A stretch of 64,000 nucleotides of DNA from Dehalococcoidales bacterium (GCA_034413595.1 DAOUMC010000025.1:999-64998), one strand, 5' to 3'. Shown: positions 1-9,631, counted from the first letter of the stretch. Notes: a model not told the origin generated them from the sequence alone. A program made the numbers and translations.

Positions 1-800
1 GAGGCAAGGGGCGGACATCGCGGCGGACACCCCAGGAGCTGACAGCCTGGGGAGAGCTCCTGGCTGTTGACCCGGCTCCGTTGATATATGCCAGCCGCCT
101 GTCAGCCAAGGTAGACAGTGCCGCCATTCAGGATGGCTACCAGCTCTACCATCATACATTTCTTTTTACCAGAGCGGGCTCGTGGGCGGTTGTCCAGCAG
201 GGAATGAATGAAACCAGCCGCTATGCCCGCCGCTACCACTGGCTGGGTGAGTCGGTTTCCAGCTTTGTCAATGAACCTCACTCAGCCATACTGTCACAGG
301 CAATGGGGGAGGCACTCAATCTGGTCGCCAGCGAAAGTGAACCGGTCAGAAAGACCATAGCCGACATCGCCTCAGGAGAGAAGCCGGATAGCACCATCTC
401 CGAGCTTAGAAAACTAAAGACGCTGAACCTGCCTCGCCGGCACCACCTGTCTGCCGCTGACCTTCACCCGGATAGCCTGAGCAAGATTCTGACGAGCACC
501 TACGAACGCCAGCCCAAGGACTTTGAAGGATTACTGGGGCTAAAAGGGGTCGGCCCCAAGACTATCCGCGCCCTGAGCCTCATCTCTGAGCTGGTTTACG
601 GAGTCGCCCCCAGCTACCGCGACCCGGCCCGCTACAGCTTTGCTCACGGCGGCAAAGACGGCATCCCCTATCCGGTTGACAGAGAGACCTACGACCAGTC
701 AATTGAGCTTCTGTCCCGGGCCATAAACAAGAGCAGGCTGGGTATCGGAGAGAAGAGGCAGGCCTTAAGCCGGCTGGACCGGATGAGGCTCAACGGCTGA
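1..800 (+). CDS. DUF763 domain-containing protein (5'-truncated by window edge)
   Basis: Frame is open from position 3 (GKGRTSRRTPQEL...). Motifs YQLYHH, WAVVQQGM, ARRYHW and FAHGGKDG are typical of DUF763. Confidence 0.85.
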   Translation, partial: GKGRTSRRTPQELTAWGELLAVDPAPLIYASRLSAKVDSAAIQDGYQLYHHTFLFTRAGSWAVVQQGMNETSRYARRYHWLGESVSSFVNEPHSAILSQAMGEALNLVASESEPVRKTIADIASGEKPDSTISELRKLKTLNLPRRHHLSAADLHPDSLSKILTSTYERQPKDFEGLLGLKGVGPKTIRALSLISELVYGVAPSYRDPARYSFAHGGKDGIPYPVDRETYDQSIELLSRAINKSRLGIGEKRQALSRLDRMRLNG

Positions 801-965
801 GGTTATCGGCATCCATCCCCTCTGTGTCCAGCCTCTCTAATCCTAAAAAATGTAACAACTTTTTAATTTTTTTTGCCCGCTTGTTATGATTAATTTATAA
901 GTGATTCTCTATTATTTAAGACAGAAGCAACTCAATAATTGTAAAGGCAAGGCAGGAGGTACAAA

Positions 966-1196
966 ATGTGGTACTGGGACGGTATGGGCTGGGGCGGATG
1001 GGTAGTTATGGGCATTTTTATGGTTTTGTTCTGGGGGGCGATAATCGCCCTGGTTGTCTGGGGAATAAAGAAGCTGACCGAGCGCGGCCCTGAAGCCGGA
1101 GGCCGGAAGGAGCCGCTGGACATAGCCAGGGAGCGCTATGCCCGGGGCGAAATCACCAAGGAAGAGTTCGACAGGATAAAGAAAGACCTTTCCTAG
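966..1196 (+). CDS. SHOCT domain small membrane protein
   Basis: SD GGAGG before ATG; Gly/Trp-rich N-terminal TM segment; C-terminal LDIARERYARGEITKEEFDRIKKDL SHOCT motif. Confidence 0.85.
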   Translation: MWYWDGMGWGGWVVMGIFMVLFWGAIIALVVWGIKKLTERGPEAGGRKEPLDIARERYARGEITKEEFDRIKKDLS

Positions 1197-1234
1197 CTGT
1201 AGGATAGAGGGTAGCCAACTGAAGGCTTGGTATC

Positions 1235-1648
1235 ATGAAGAACAGGGGCTTTACTATCTTGATTTTGGCGGCCTTGTTACTGGTCGGTTCTGCCTGCCAG
1301 CCCGGAGTGAAAGCCGGGCTGGGTGAGGAGGTCTCTCTGGCTATCGGCCAGTCTGTCAGCATAACTGGCGAGAATCTGCGGGTCAGCTTTAAAGGCGTCT
1401 CGGAAGACAGCCGCTGCCCTACGGGAGCCACCTGTGTCTGGCAGGGCAGAGTCATCTGTCTGGTGAAAGTCAGCCAGGGCGGGGCTGCTTACCTCCTATC
1501 ATTCATTCAGCCCGGCCTTACCGACCAGAGTGCCGAGCAAGACTTTCTGGGATATAGATTTGCCTTTAGCGTTGAGCCTTATCCCGAGGTGGGTAAGGAG
1601 ATAGCCAGCAGTCAATACCGGCTGCTGCTGACCGTGAGCAAACGGTGA
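1235..1648 (+). CDS. Putative lipoprotein (EDSRCPxxxxCVWxG family, unknown function)
   Basis: Signal peptide ending in lipobox-like VGSAC; conserved DSRCP...CVWQG motif. Confidence 0.7.
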   Translation: MKNRGFTILILAALLLVGSACQPGVKAGLGEEVSLAIGQSVSITGENLRVSFKGVSEDSRCPTGATCVWQGRVICLVKVSQGGAAYLLSFIQPGLTDQSAEQDFLGYRFAFSVEPYPEVGKEIASSQYRLLLTVSKR

Positions 1649-1728
1649 AGACCGGCCATTTGGCCTAACGTTTGTCGGATAACTTCGTTATAGATTTTGG
1701 ATGCACAATATGAAAAAGGAGAGGGCAA

Positions 1729-1848
1729 ATGGGCGGGATAGTCAGCCAATTCAGGAAAGTCTGGTTCCAGATAAGGTGGCTCTTGATGTCCCGAGAAGAC
1801 AGGTATGTCTATCTGTGGAACCGAACCAATCCTCGCCGCAGGTACTAG
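1729..1848 (+). CDS. Small 39-aa basic/aromatic protein (below ORF-track cutoff)
   Basis: AAGGAG SD then ATG at 1729; translates MGGIVSQFRKVWFQIRWLLMSREDRYVYLWNRTNPRRRY* (TAG 1846-1848). Confidence 0.5.
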   Translation: MGGIVSQFRKVWFQIRWLLMSREDRYVYLWNRTNPRRRY

Positions 1849-2012
1849 CCTTTGAGGTCTATCGGTGCCGCAAAGCTGTCGGCCTGATTCTGATAGGTAG
1901 CCGAGGTCTGCCATAAAACCTGTTCCTTGGCACCGGGAAGGTCTTGACATTATGTTAAAATAATGGAATACTCAAACACAGTTTCTAATAATAACAAAGG
2001 GGGTTACACAGT

Positions 2013-2450
2013 ATGGCCAAGGAAGAACTGGTAAAGATGCTGAATCAGGCTCTAGAGCTGGAACACGCCGCCATAAACCAGTATTTATCCCATGCCGAGC
2101 TCGTAGGTGGGCTTGAAGCCGAGCCAATAATGGCCCGCCTGAGAGACACCGCCGGGGATGAGCAGAAGCACGCCGCCATGTTCCGGGAGCTTATCGGGGA
2201 TTATCTGGGTGGAGTCCCGTCTATGGGTATTGCCGAGACACACCCCGCCAGGAACATAACCGAGATTCTGGAGGTTAACCTGGCCGATGAAAAGCACGCT
2301 GTTGACGTCTATTTGAATATACTCAAGAAGATAAACGACATGAAGGACGAGCTAAAATACGAGTATTTTCAACTGGAGCACAGCGTCAGGCATGTCATCC
2401 AGGAAGAGCAGGAGCACATAGCCGAAATCAACGTTCTTCTGGGGCGGTAG
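2013..2450 (+). CDS. Ferritin-like / bacterioferritin family protein
   Basis: Di-iron ExxH motifs (ELEHAA..QY, DEQKH, DEKHA, EEQEH) in a four-helix pattern. Confidence 0.85.
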   Translation: MAKEELVKMLNQALELEHAAINQYLSHAELVGGLEAEPIMARLRDTAGDEQKHAAMFRELIGDYLGGVPSMGIAETHPARNITEILEVNLADEKHAVDVYLNILKKINDMKDELKYEYFQLEHSVRHVIQEEQEHIAEINVLLGR

Positions 2451-3153
2451 AGCTGTTCATAAGTCTGGCTTTCCTTCGCGAGGCCAGCAAATAACCACCG
2501 GCCGCTCCCGATAGAACTACTGCCATCCCCACCATGAGCAGGACGCAGAACATGGTGACGTCGTACCAGAAGCCCTCGGGGAAGAGCATTATGAGGTAGT
2601 CTTTGGTCGGGTCAAGCAGCCAGAAGTTGTTGGCAAAGCTGATAAGGTGGAGCTGTAGAAAGAAGCCGTCAAAGTCTACCAGCGCCCAGAGTCCCAGGAA
2701 GAGTATCAGGCCAAGAGTGACGCCGCCGCCGGTAATCACCGCCCGAGCCAGCCGGCGGCGTTCTTTTTTCCTAAAGAACAGCTCAGTCACGGCATAGACC
2801 AGGACGAAAATGCCTGTCCCCAGCAGCACCCGGTAGTCCAGCTGAATCAGCCCCTTGAAGTCCTTTAGATGGATTATCTCGCGTTCGTTGAAAAGGGCAA
2901 AGGGCTTGCCATCCTTGATCACCGTAAGGTTAATGAACTCTTCACCCGAGTTAAAGTAGCTAATCAGCCCGCTAGCGGCTTTGTGCAGTTCGGAGCTGGC
3001 CAGACCGGTGGTCTGGCTGACACCGTACTTCTCAAAGCCGTACTCATAGAACCACTGGCTGTTCACCGCCCAGGCGATGCTGGCGGTGAAAATCATCACC
3101 GGCAGGCACAAAACAAACAGCCACCGGACGGCAATATCGACAAATCTCATCAT
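2428..3153 (-). CDS. TIGR01906/DUF1461 integral membrane protein (Lit, lipoprotein intramolecular transacylase-like)
   Basis: Four TM segments; EIIHLKD and LHLISFANNFWLLDPTKDYLIMLFPEGFW motifs. Confidence 0.8.
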   Translation of the reverse strand: MMRFVDIAVRWLFVLCLPVMIFTASIAWAVNSQWFYEYGFEKYGVSQTTGLASSELHKAASGLISYFNSGEEFINLTVIKDGKPFALFNEREIIHLKDFKGLIQLDYRVLLGTGIFVLVYAVTELFFRKKERRRLARAVITGGGVTLGLILFLGLWALVDFDGFFLQLHLISFANNFWLLDPTKDYLIMLFPEGFWYDVTMFCVLLMVGMAVVLSGAAGGYLLASRRKARLMNSSTAPEER

Positions 3154-3200
3154 TTTAATTTTACACCTCGGGGATTAAAAAGCATAATGTTGTATATTCC

Positions 3201-3257
3201 TTCTCCCTTTTAAAAGCAGGAGAAAACAGTGGAGGACTTCACCCCTCTCGGGCACCC
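3201..3257. repeat. Degenerate copy of the purine/pyrimidine-rich double-hairpin REP-like element
   Basis: TTCTCC-cttttaaaag-ca-GGAGAA then GGAGG-acttca-CCCCTCTCGGGCACCC; resembles copies at 25268, 30131 and 47724. Confidence 0.4.
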
Positions 3258-3388
3258 GGTGATAAAGCGGTTTGCCCCAGAAATTCTTAATCAATTTTTT
3301 CTGGCTCTTTATCGCTTAGCCTTAAAAATAGAGGCTCAATAAGTCCGTCTGTGCTATAATTGTGGCGACTCTCTGCCGGTGAGGTACC

Positions 3389-6300
3389 GTGTTCACTCAT
3401 CTCCACGTTCACACCGAATACAGTCTGCTTGACGGTATGTGCCGTATTCCCCAGCTGGTGGCCAAGGCCAAAGAGCTGGGGATGGATGCTCTGGCGGTGA
3501 CCGACCACGGGGCGATGTACGGCGCCATCCAGTTCTATGCCGCCGCCAGAGCGGCGGGTATAAAGCCCATCATCGGCTGTGAGGCCTATGTCGCCCGGGG
3601 CAGCCGACTGAGCCGCAACGCCGGTGATAAGAGCAGCTATCACCTCACTCTGCTGGCCAGAGACCAGACCGGCTACCAGAACCTGATTCAGCTTGTCACC
3701 AGGGCCAATCTTGAAGGCTTCTACTACCGTCCCAGGACGGACAGAGAGCTTCTGAGCCAGTACCACCAGGGACTTATCGCCCTTTCCGGATGCCTGGCGG
3801 GTGAGGTGCCGTCCCTGATACTGGAGGGCCGCCTTGAGGAAGCAAAGCAGGCTGCCCTGTGGTACCAGCAGACCTTTGGTGATTTCTACCTGGAGATACA
3901 GAGGCACCCCACCCCGGAGCTGGAGCAGCTAAACCCGGTTCTTATCTCCATGGGCCAGGAGCTGGGCATTCCCCTGGTGGCGACCAACGATGTGCATTAT
4001 GTAAACAAGGAAGACGCCCCGGCCCATGACCTCCTGCTGTGCATCGGGACCAACTCCTCCATCTATGATGAAAAGAGGAAGAAGATGGCCGGCGACTTCT
4101 ACTACCTCAAGGGTTCCCGGGAGATGGCTGAGCTGTATGGCGATATACCCCAGGCTCTGGAGAATACGGCCAGAATTGCCGATATGTGCCAGCTTGAGCT
4201 TGAGTTCGGCCGTCTCCATCTGCCCGAGATAGACCTGCCCGAGGGCAAAACAGCCGACCAGTTCCTGGCCGACCTGTGCCGTGAGGGGCTGCCCCTCTTC
4301 TATCATCGGCCCGGCCCGGAGATAACCAGCCGGCTTGACTATGAGCTCGAGGTCATCCAGAAAACCCAGTTTGCTAACTACTTTCTGGTGGTCTGGGACA
4401 TCATCTCCTATGTCAAAAAGAATGACGTCCTGTTTAATGTCCGGGGCAGCGCCGCCTCAAGCATAGTGCTCCGCTGCCTGGGAATCACCGAGATTGACCC
4501 TATCACTAACGGGCTGGTCTTTGAGCGCTTCCTTAACCTGGAGCGCCGGGAGATGCCCGATATAGACCTGGACTTTCAGGATGACCGCCGCGATGAGGTC
4601 ATCGCCTACGTCTCTCATAAGTACGGTCAGGACCACGTGGCCCAGATAATCACCTTCGGCACCATGGGTGCCAGGGCGGCCATCAGAGACGTAGGGCGGG
4701 CTCTGGGTATGCCCTACAGCGACGTTGACCGCGTCGCCCGTCTGGTTCCGTTTGCCCTGGGCATGACCCTCGACCAGGCGCTGGAAGAGAACGGTGAACT
4801 CAGAAATGTCTACCACGAAAATGTTTCGGTCAAGAATCTGGTCGACTCGGCCAGAGAGGTTGAAGGCATTTCCCGCCACGCCTCAACCCACGCCGCCGGG
4901 GTGGTCATATCCAGAGAGCCCCTTACCCGTTACACGCCCCTGCAGCGGCTGATAAAGGGCAGTAGCCAGGGCCTGGTGATGACCCAGTTCGCCATGGATG
5001 ACATCGCCCGCATCGGTCTTCTCAAGATGGACTTTCTGGGGCTGGTAAACCTGACCGTTCTGGGTAAGGCCAGGGAGACCATTCTGGAAAACCGTGGCCT
5101 TGAAATTGACCTGCGCCACATCCCTATGGATGACAGGCCCACCTTTGAGCTTCTGTCTGCCGGCGAGACGGCCGGTGTCTTTCAGTTAGAAGGCAGCGGC
5201 ATGCGCCGTTACATCAAAGAGCTCAGGCCGACCACCTTCAGTGACATCGCGGCTATGGTCGCCCTCTACCGGCCGGGCCCTATGGAACAGATTCCGCGTT
5301 TTATTAAGGCCAAGCACGGCCTGGAGCCCATCAAGTATCCTCATCCGACTCTGGCCGAAATCCTTAAGGAAACCTACGGCGTCATCGTCTATCAGGAACA
5401 GGTGTTATTCATCGTCCAGGCCTTTGCCGGTTACAGTCTGGGACAGGCTGACGTCTTCCGCAAGGCCATGGGCAAGAAGATACCTGAGGTGATGAAGAAG
5501 GAGAAGCGGAACTTTCTTGCCGGCGCCAGAAAAAGAGGCTTCTCCACTGAAGTGGCCGAGGAGGTCTTCGCACTGATTGAACCCTTTGCCGGCTATGCCT
5601 TCAACAAAGCCCACGCCGTAAGCTATGCCCTCATCGCCTATCAGACCGCCTATCTCAAGGCGAACTACCCGGTGGAGTACATGACCGCTTTGCTCACCGC
5701 CCATGTTGACCAGTCGGAGAAGATAGCCACCACCGTCGCCGACTGCCGCCGTCTGGGTATCAGGGTACAGCCACCAGATATCAACCACAGCCAGGTCAAC
5801 TTTTCCATAGAGAAGCTGTCCGATGGCAGCCAGGCCATCCGCTTCGGGCTGTCTGCCATCAAGAACGTGGGCCCGGGGGCTATCGAACCGGTTGTTAACG
5901 AGCGCAGGGCCCGGGGTGACTACAAGTCTATTGAGGACCTGTGCCGGCGGGTTGACCTGGCGGGTGTTAACAAAAGGGTGATGGAGAGCCTGGTAAAGGC
6001 CGGTGCTCTGGACTCTCTGGGTGAACGGGGTACTCTGCTGGGCAATGTCGGCCTCATCCTGTCCCTGGCCCAGCGAGAGCAGCGCCTGCGGCAGACAGGA
6101 CAGTCCACCATGTTTGACCTGTGGGGCAAGACGGTTGATGTCCCCCTGCCCAGCCTTGACATGGTAGCGTCAGAGGTCTCCACCATGGAGAAGCTGAACT
6201 GGGAAAAAGAGCTCCTGGGGGTCTATCTCTCAGAGCACCCCTTCAGCCCCTTTGCCAGTAAGGCAGCCTCGGAGAACACCACCCTCTGCGGTCAGGTTGA

Positions 6301-6901
6301 TGTCGAGATGGAAGGGCAGGCACTAACCATCGCCGGAATGGTGGCCTCTATCCGCAACTTGCTGACTAAAGACGGCCAGCCCTCGATAAGTGCCGTACTG
6401 GAAGACCTTGATGGCAAACTTGAGGTTATGGTCTGGTCCCGGGTCTATGCCACGACCAGGGAGCTATGGCAGGAAGGGAAGGCGCTGCTGGTTAAGGGGA
6501 AGGTGAGGCTGAGAGGTGACCAGGTGCAGCTCGTGTGTGAAAATGCCTGGCCCTACCGGCTGGAGGAGACCAGGATTGAGGAGCCCCCGCCCCCCCGGTC
6601 TGTTGAAACAAAGCCGGCCTTGAAGGGACCTGAACCAGCACCCACCAGGGCTCGTCACCTGGTCATCAGCCTGAGTCAGACCAGCGATGAAGCGCAGGAC
6701 AAAGCCCATCTGCACCATATTATCGCCGCCTTGAGAGACTACCCGGGAGAGGATGAAGTCAGCCTTAATGTGGCCAATGAGAAGAAGGTCTTCAAGCTCA
6801 GGCTGCCCGGTGTGCGTATCAGCTACTGCCCGGGGCTTCACCAGCGGCTGGCAGAGCTGGTGGGGGAGGAGGGTGTAGTCCTAGTGGAGATAGGTGGCTA
6901 G
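3389..6901 (+). CDS. dnaE: DNA polymerase III subunit alpha
   Basis: PHP domain HLHVHTEYSLLDG, polymerase motif MPDIDLDF, GLLKMDFLGL, FAGYAFNKAHA, OB-fold C-terminus. Confidence 0.98.
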   Translation: MFTHLHVHTEYSLLDGMCRIPQLVAKAKELGMDALAVTDHGAMYGAIQFYAAARAAGIKPIIGCEAYVARGSRLSRNAGDKSSYHLTLLARDQTGYQNLIQLVTRANLEGFYYRPRTDRELLSQYHQGLIALSGCLAGEVPSLILEGRLEEAKQAALWYQQTFGDFYLEIQRHPTPELEQLNPVLISMGQELGIPLVATNDVHYVNKEDAPAHDLLLCIGTNSSIYDEKRKKMAGDFYYLKGSREMAELYGDIPQALENTARIADMCQLELEFGRLHLPEIDLPEGKTADQFLADLCREGLPLFYHRPGPEITSRLDYELEVIQKTQFANYFLVVWDIISYVKKNDVLFNVRGSAASSIVLRCLGITEIDPITNGLVFERFLNLERREMPDIDLDFQDDRRDEVIAYVSHKYGQDHVAQIITFGTMGARAAIRDVGRALGMPYSDVDRVARLVPFALGMTLDQALEENGELRNVYHENVSVKNLVDSAREVEGISRHASTHAAGVVISREPLTRYTPLQRLIKGSSQGLVMTQFAMDDIARIGLLKMDFLGLVNLTVLGKARETILENRGLEIDLRHIPMDDRPTFELLSAGETAGVFQLEGSGMRRYIKELRPTTFSDIAAMVALYRPGPMEQIPRFIKAKHGLEPIKYPHPTLAEILKETYGVIVYQEQVLFIVQAFAGYSLGQADVFRKAMGKKIPEVMKKEKRNFLAGARKRGFSTEVAEEVFALIEPFAGYAFNKAHAVSYALIAYQTAYLKANYPVEYMTALLTAHVDQSEKIATTVADCRRLGIRVQPPDINHSQVNFSIEKLSDGSQAIRFGLSAIKNVGPGAIEPVVNERRARGDYKSIEDLCRRVDLAGVNKRVMESLVKAGALDSLGERGTLLGNVGLILSLAQREQRLRQTGQSTMFDLWGKTVDVPLPSLDMVASEVSTMEKLNWEKELLGVYLSEHPFSPFASKAASENTTLCGQVDVEMEGQALTIAGMVASIRNLLTKDGQPSISAVLEDLDGKLEVMVWSRVYATTRELWQEGKALLVKGKVRLRGDQVQLVCENAWPYRLEETRIEEPPPPRSVETKPALKGPEPAPTRARHLVISLSQTSDEAQDKAHLHHIIAALRDYPGEDEVSLNVANEKKVFKLRLPGVRISYCPGLHQRLAELVGEEGVVLVEIGG

Positions 6902-6933
6902 AGACTAGCCCTTAGCGCCCCCTTGGTGCTAGA

Positions 6934-7743
6934 ATGGGTGTTAGTTCTGCTTCTAAGGGGAGTCAAATGCCTTTAGATAGAACTCTTGACGGGCACAGGA
7001 AAAGGCTCAGAGAGAAGTTTATAAAGTCAGGGCTTGATGGCTTTGCTGACTACGAGATTGTTGAGCTGCTGCTGACGCTGGGTGCGCCCCGCCGGGACTG
7101 CAAAAAGCAGGCCAAAGAGGCTATCAAAAGCTTCAAGAGCCTGAGGGGAGTTCTGGAAGCGCTGCCGGAAGAGTTGCAGCAGATACCTGGCATCGGACCC
7201 CATAACATCTTTGGCATCAGGCTGGTGCAGGAAGTGGCCCGGAAATTTCTCAAAGAGAAGCTCATTGACCAGCCTGTCTACCGCTCCTCGCAGGAGATTT
7301 TTGATTATCTCTACCACTCAATGCGAGACCTGAAGAAAGAGCTGTTCAAAGTCCTTTATCTAAATAGCCAGAACCAGATTATTGATGCCGTTGACCTTTT
7401 TGAAGGTACGGTCAGCAATGACGCTATCTCGCCCCGGGAGGTTATTGAGAGTGCCATCAGGCGCAACGCCGCCTGCCTGATTTTTGCTCATAACCACCCT
7501 TCGGGTAACCCCGAGCCCAGCCAGAATGACAAAGACATAACCCGCGACCTGGTCTACGCTGCAGCGGTCGTGCAGATAAAGGTGCTAGACCACATCGTCG
7601 TCGGTGACAACAGGTACTATAGCTTTGCCGCCGAGGGGCTGATTGAGCAGTACGAGCTTGATTTCCTGGGCCTGAAGATTAAAGGGGTATCTGAGGCCAG
7701 GAGGAGGCTTTACCGGGCCAAGCTCTTTGGCGGGCTTGGCTGA
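6934..7743 (+). CDS. radC: RadC-family JAB domain protein
   Basis: GHRKRLREKF N-terminus, HhH IPGIG, AHNHPSGNPEPSQND..T and LDHIVVG JAB motif. True start may be ATG 6967. Confidence 0.92.
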   Translation: MGVSSASKGSQMPLDRTLDGHRKRLREKFIKSGLDGFADYEIVELLLTLGAPRRDCKKQAKEAIKSFKSLRGVLEALPEELQQIPGIGPHNIFGIRLVQEVARKFLKEKLIDQPVYRSSQEIFDYLYHSMRDLKKELFKVLYLNSQNQIIDAVDLFEGTVSNDAISPREVIESAIRRNAACLIFAHNHPSGNPEPSQNDKDITRDLVYAAAVVQIKVLDHIVVGDNRYYSFAAEGLIEQYELDFLGLKIKGVSEARRRLYRAKLFGGLG

Positions 7744-8224
7744 TGCAGCCGGCAGAAACTGTCCCGGCCGCCTCCAGCTCTAGCAGCCGTCTTTTCATCT
7801 CCAGCCCGTCGGCAAAACCGCCGAGTCTGCCATCGCTCCTGACCACTCTGTGGCAGGGTATGACAACCGGCAGCGGGTTTCTGGCTAGGGCCTGCCCCAC
7901 CGCCCGCACTGCCCCAGGTTTGTCCATCTGCTTGGCCACCCAGCTATAGCTTCTGGTCTCACCGTGAGGGATGAGCCTAGTTGCGCGGCACACCTCTGCC
8001 TGAAACGGGGTGAGCCCGGACAGGTCAGGCTCGTTAGGAAAACTCACCCTGTAGCCCGAGAAGTAAGCCCTGAGGCGGCTGGCTATATCATAAAGACCTT
8101 CTGCCGACAGAGTGGCCTGATGTGGTGTATTGCCTAGCAGCCTTAGCGCTTCCTCGGCCGATTCCTGAGGCAGAGTGACCTTCGTCAGCCCTCTGGACGA
8201 AGCCAGCAATCCCACCCAGCCCAT
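7679..8224 (-). CDS. ogt: Methylated-DNA--protein-cysteine methyltransferase (5' end appears frameshifted)
   Basis: Active-site IPCHRVV, RAVGQALARNP. The conserved YYTFNTDMGW lies upstream of ATG 8224; the SD-associated ATG at 8256 is one base out of frame. Confidence 0.9.
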   Translation of the reverse strand: MGWVGLLASSRGLTKVTLPQESAEEALRLLGNTPHQATLSAEGLYDIASRLRAYFSGYRVSFPNEPDLSGLTPFQAEVCRATRLIPHGETRSYSWVAKQMDKPGAVRAVGQALARNPLPVVIPCHRVVRSDGRLGGFADGLEMKRRLLELEAAGTVSAGCISQARQRAWPGKASSWPQIPL

Positions 8225-8332
8225 ATCAGTATTGAAAGTATAGTAATAGTATTCATTATTGCTCCTTTTAATCGGCTAGATTTTGACCACAGTGGCTCTG
8301 GTGATAGCCCGAAAATCTACCGGACACAGGAA

Positions 8333-8883
8333 TTAATCCCACTCCGGTTCAATAAGGCCGTAGTTGCCGTCCTTTCGCCGGTACAGCAGGTTTAATCTGT
8401 CGTTCTCAACATTATGAAACAGGAAGAAATCTGGCCCAGAAGCTCCATCTGGTCGGCGGCTTCAGTCACTGACATCGGTTTCAGAACAAAACGCTTGATC
8501 TTGACCACCTTTCTGGGATTGGGTATCGGCTCAATTGGCTGGCTTGACTCAGTTTTGGGAGGTGGGCTTCCCTTTCCCTTATCCCGCAGCTTTCCCTTCT
8601 GGTGCTCGATCTGCCGTTCTATAACCCGGGTCACCCTGTCAACGGCGCTGAGCACGCTCTCCGCCCTCTCCTCACCGTGCAAAAGGGTCTGGCCGCTGTC
8701 TATGTTTATCCGGGCTATAAAGCGGTGCTCGGGGGACTTCGTTCTCTCCTCGGCTAGTTCTACCTTGGTCTCGATAACGTTGCCCAGGCGACGGCTGAGC
8801 CGGTTCAGTTTGCGCTCTATGCGGCGGCGCACCTCAGGTGGCAGCTCTATATCTCTGCTGGTTAGGTTTGCTTCCACATTCAT
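8333..8883 (-). pseudogene. hpf: Long-type ribosome hibernation promoting factor with a 1-nt deletion near 8431-8432 (frameshift or sequencing error)
   Basis: N-terminal HPF domain plus KIKRFVLKPMSVTEAADQMELLG. The conserved tail DFFLFHNVENDRLNLLYRRKDGNYGLIEPEWD* continues in the adjacent frame to TAA at 8335-8333. Confidence 0.85.
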
Positions 8884-8892
8884 CTCCTGACT

Positions 8893-9600
8893 TCAGATTT
8901 CTCGGGCCACTATCAGCCCCCACACCGAACCCGCCCCGGACGCTTTCAGGGCAGTGGCACAGGCGTCAAGGGTGGCCCCGGAGGTAGCCACATCATCTAT
9001 CAGCAGCACCTTTTTGCCCTTGAGGCTCTGGTCGCGACAGCTGAAAGCATCAACGACGTTGCTCCGCCTTTGGCCGACGGTGGCGGTTCTGGCCTGAGGC
9101 GGACTGTGCCGCTTTCGGGCAAGGCAGTCAGCCACCACCGGAAGACCTGTCAGTCTGCCCAGTTCTCGGCACAGCAGCTCGGACTGATTATAGCCGCGCT
9201 CCCTCATTCTTTTGGGATGCAGGGGCACGGGCACCAGCGCCTCCGCCGGCAGCGGGTTATCCTCAAGATACCGGCCGAGCAGCTCGGCCAGGGGCCTGGC
9301 CGCGGCTCTCAGGTTTTTGTATTTTAGCTCGTGGATAGCCCGGCGTATTACCGCCTCAAAGCGGAACGGGGAGCGAATGCCGTCTATCCTGCGGGGTTGG
9401 CCGGAGCAGGCAGGGCAGATTGTAGCATCGGGTCGAGACGTTCCACAGCAGGGGCAGATTGGGGGCACAATCCCGGGCAGTTTATCCCGGCAGGAAGGGC
9501 AGATAAGCCCACCTTCCTGGCCACAGCCCAGGCACCATAGCGGAAATAGCAGGTCAAGTGCTGTCCTCCCCAATCTGGTTAATTGAGGCAGCACCTTCAC
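8893..9600 (-). CDS. comF: ComF family competence protein (double Zn ribbon + PRTase)
   Basis: LLFPLWCLGC, CPCC/CPAC, VPVPLHPKRMRERGYNQ, VLLIDDVATSGATL. Confidence 0.92.
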   Translation of the reverse strand: MKVLPQLTRLGRTALDLLFPLWCLGCGQEGGLICPSCRDKLPGIVPPICPCCGTSRPDATICPACSGQPRRIDGIRSPFRFEAVIRRAIHELKYKNLRAAARPLAELLGRYLEDNPLPAEALVPVPLHPKRMRERGYNQSELLCRELGRLTGLPVVADCLARKRHSPPQARTATVGQRRSNVVDAFSCRDQSLKGKKVLLIDDVATSGATLDACATALKASGAGSVWGLIVAREI

Positions 9601-9631
9601 CTCCTAAAGTGAACTTGAAAGAACCCTTGCT

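Noticed and set aside
3287-6841. Many long antisense or alternate-frame ORFs over dnaE (and likewise over groL, purH, clpC, pyrG, rho and the surface genes)
   Set aside because: These are shadow ORFs expected in GC-rich coding DNA. They have no SD, no recognisable motifs, and overlap fully with confident genes.
6934-7743. radC as a mobile-element marker
   Set aside because: This is the full-length chromosomal form (HhH + JAB) in a housekeeping context, not the short JAB-only MGE type.
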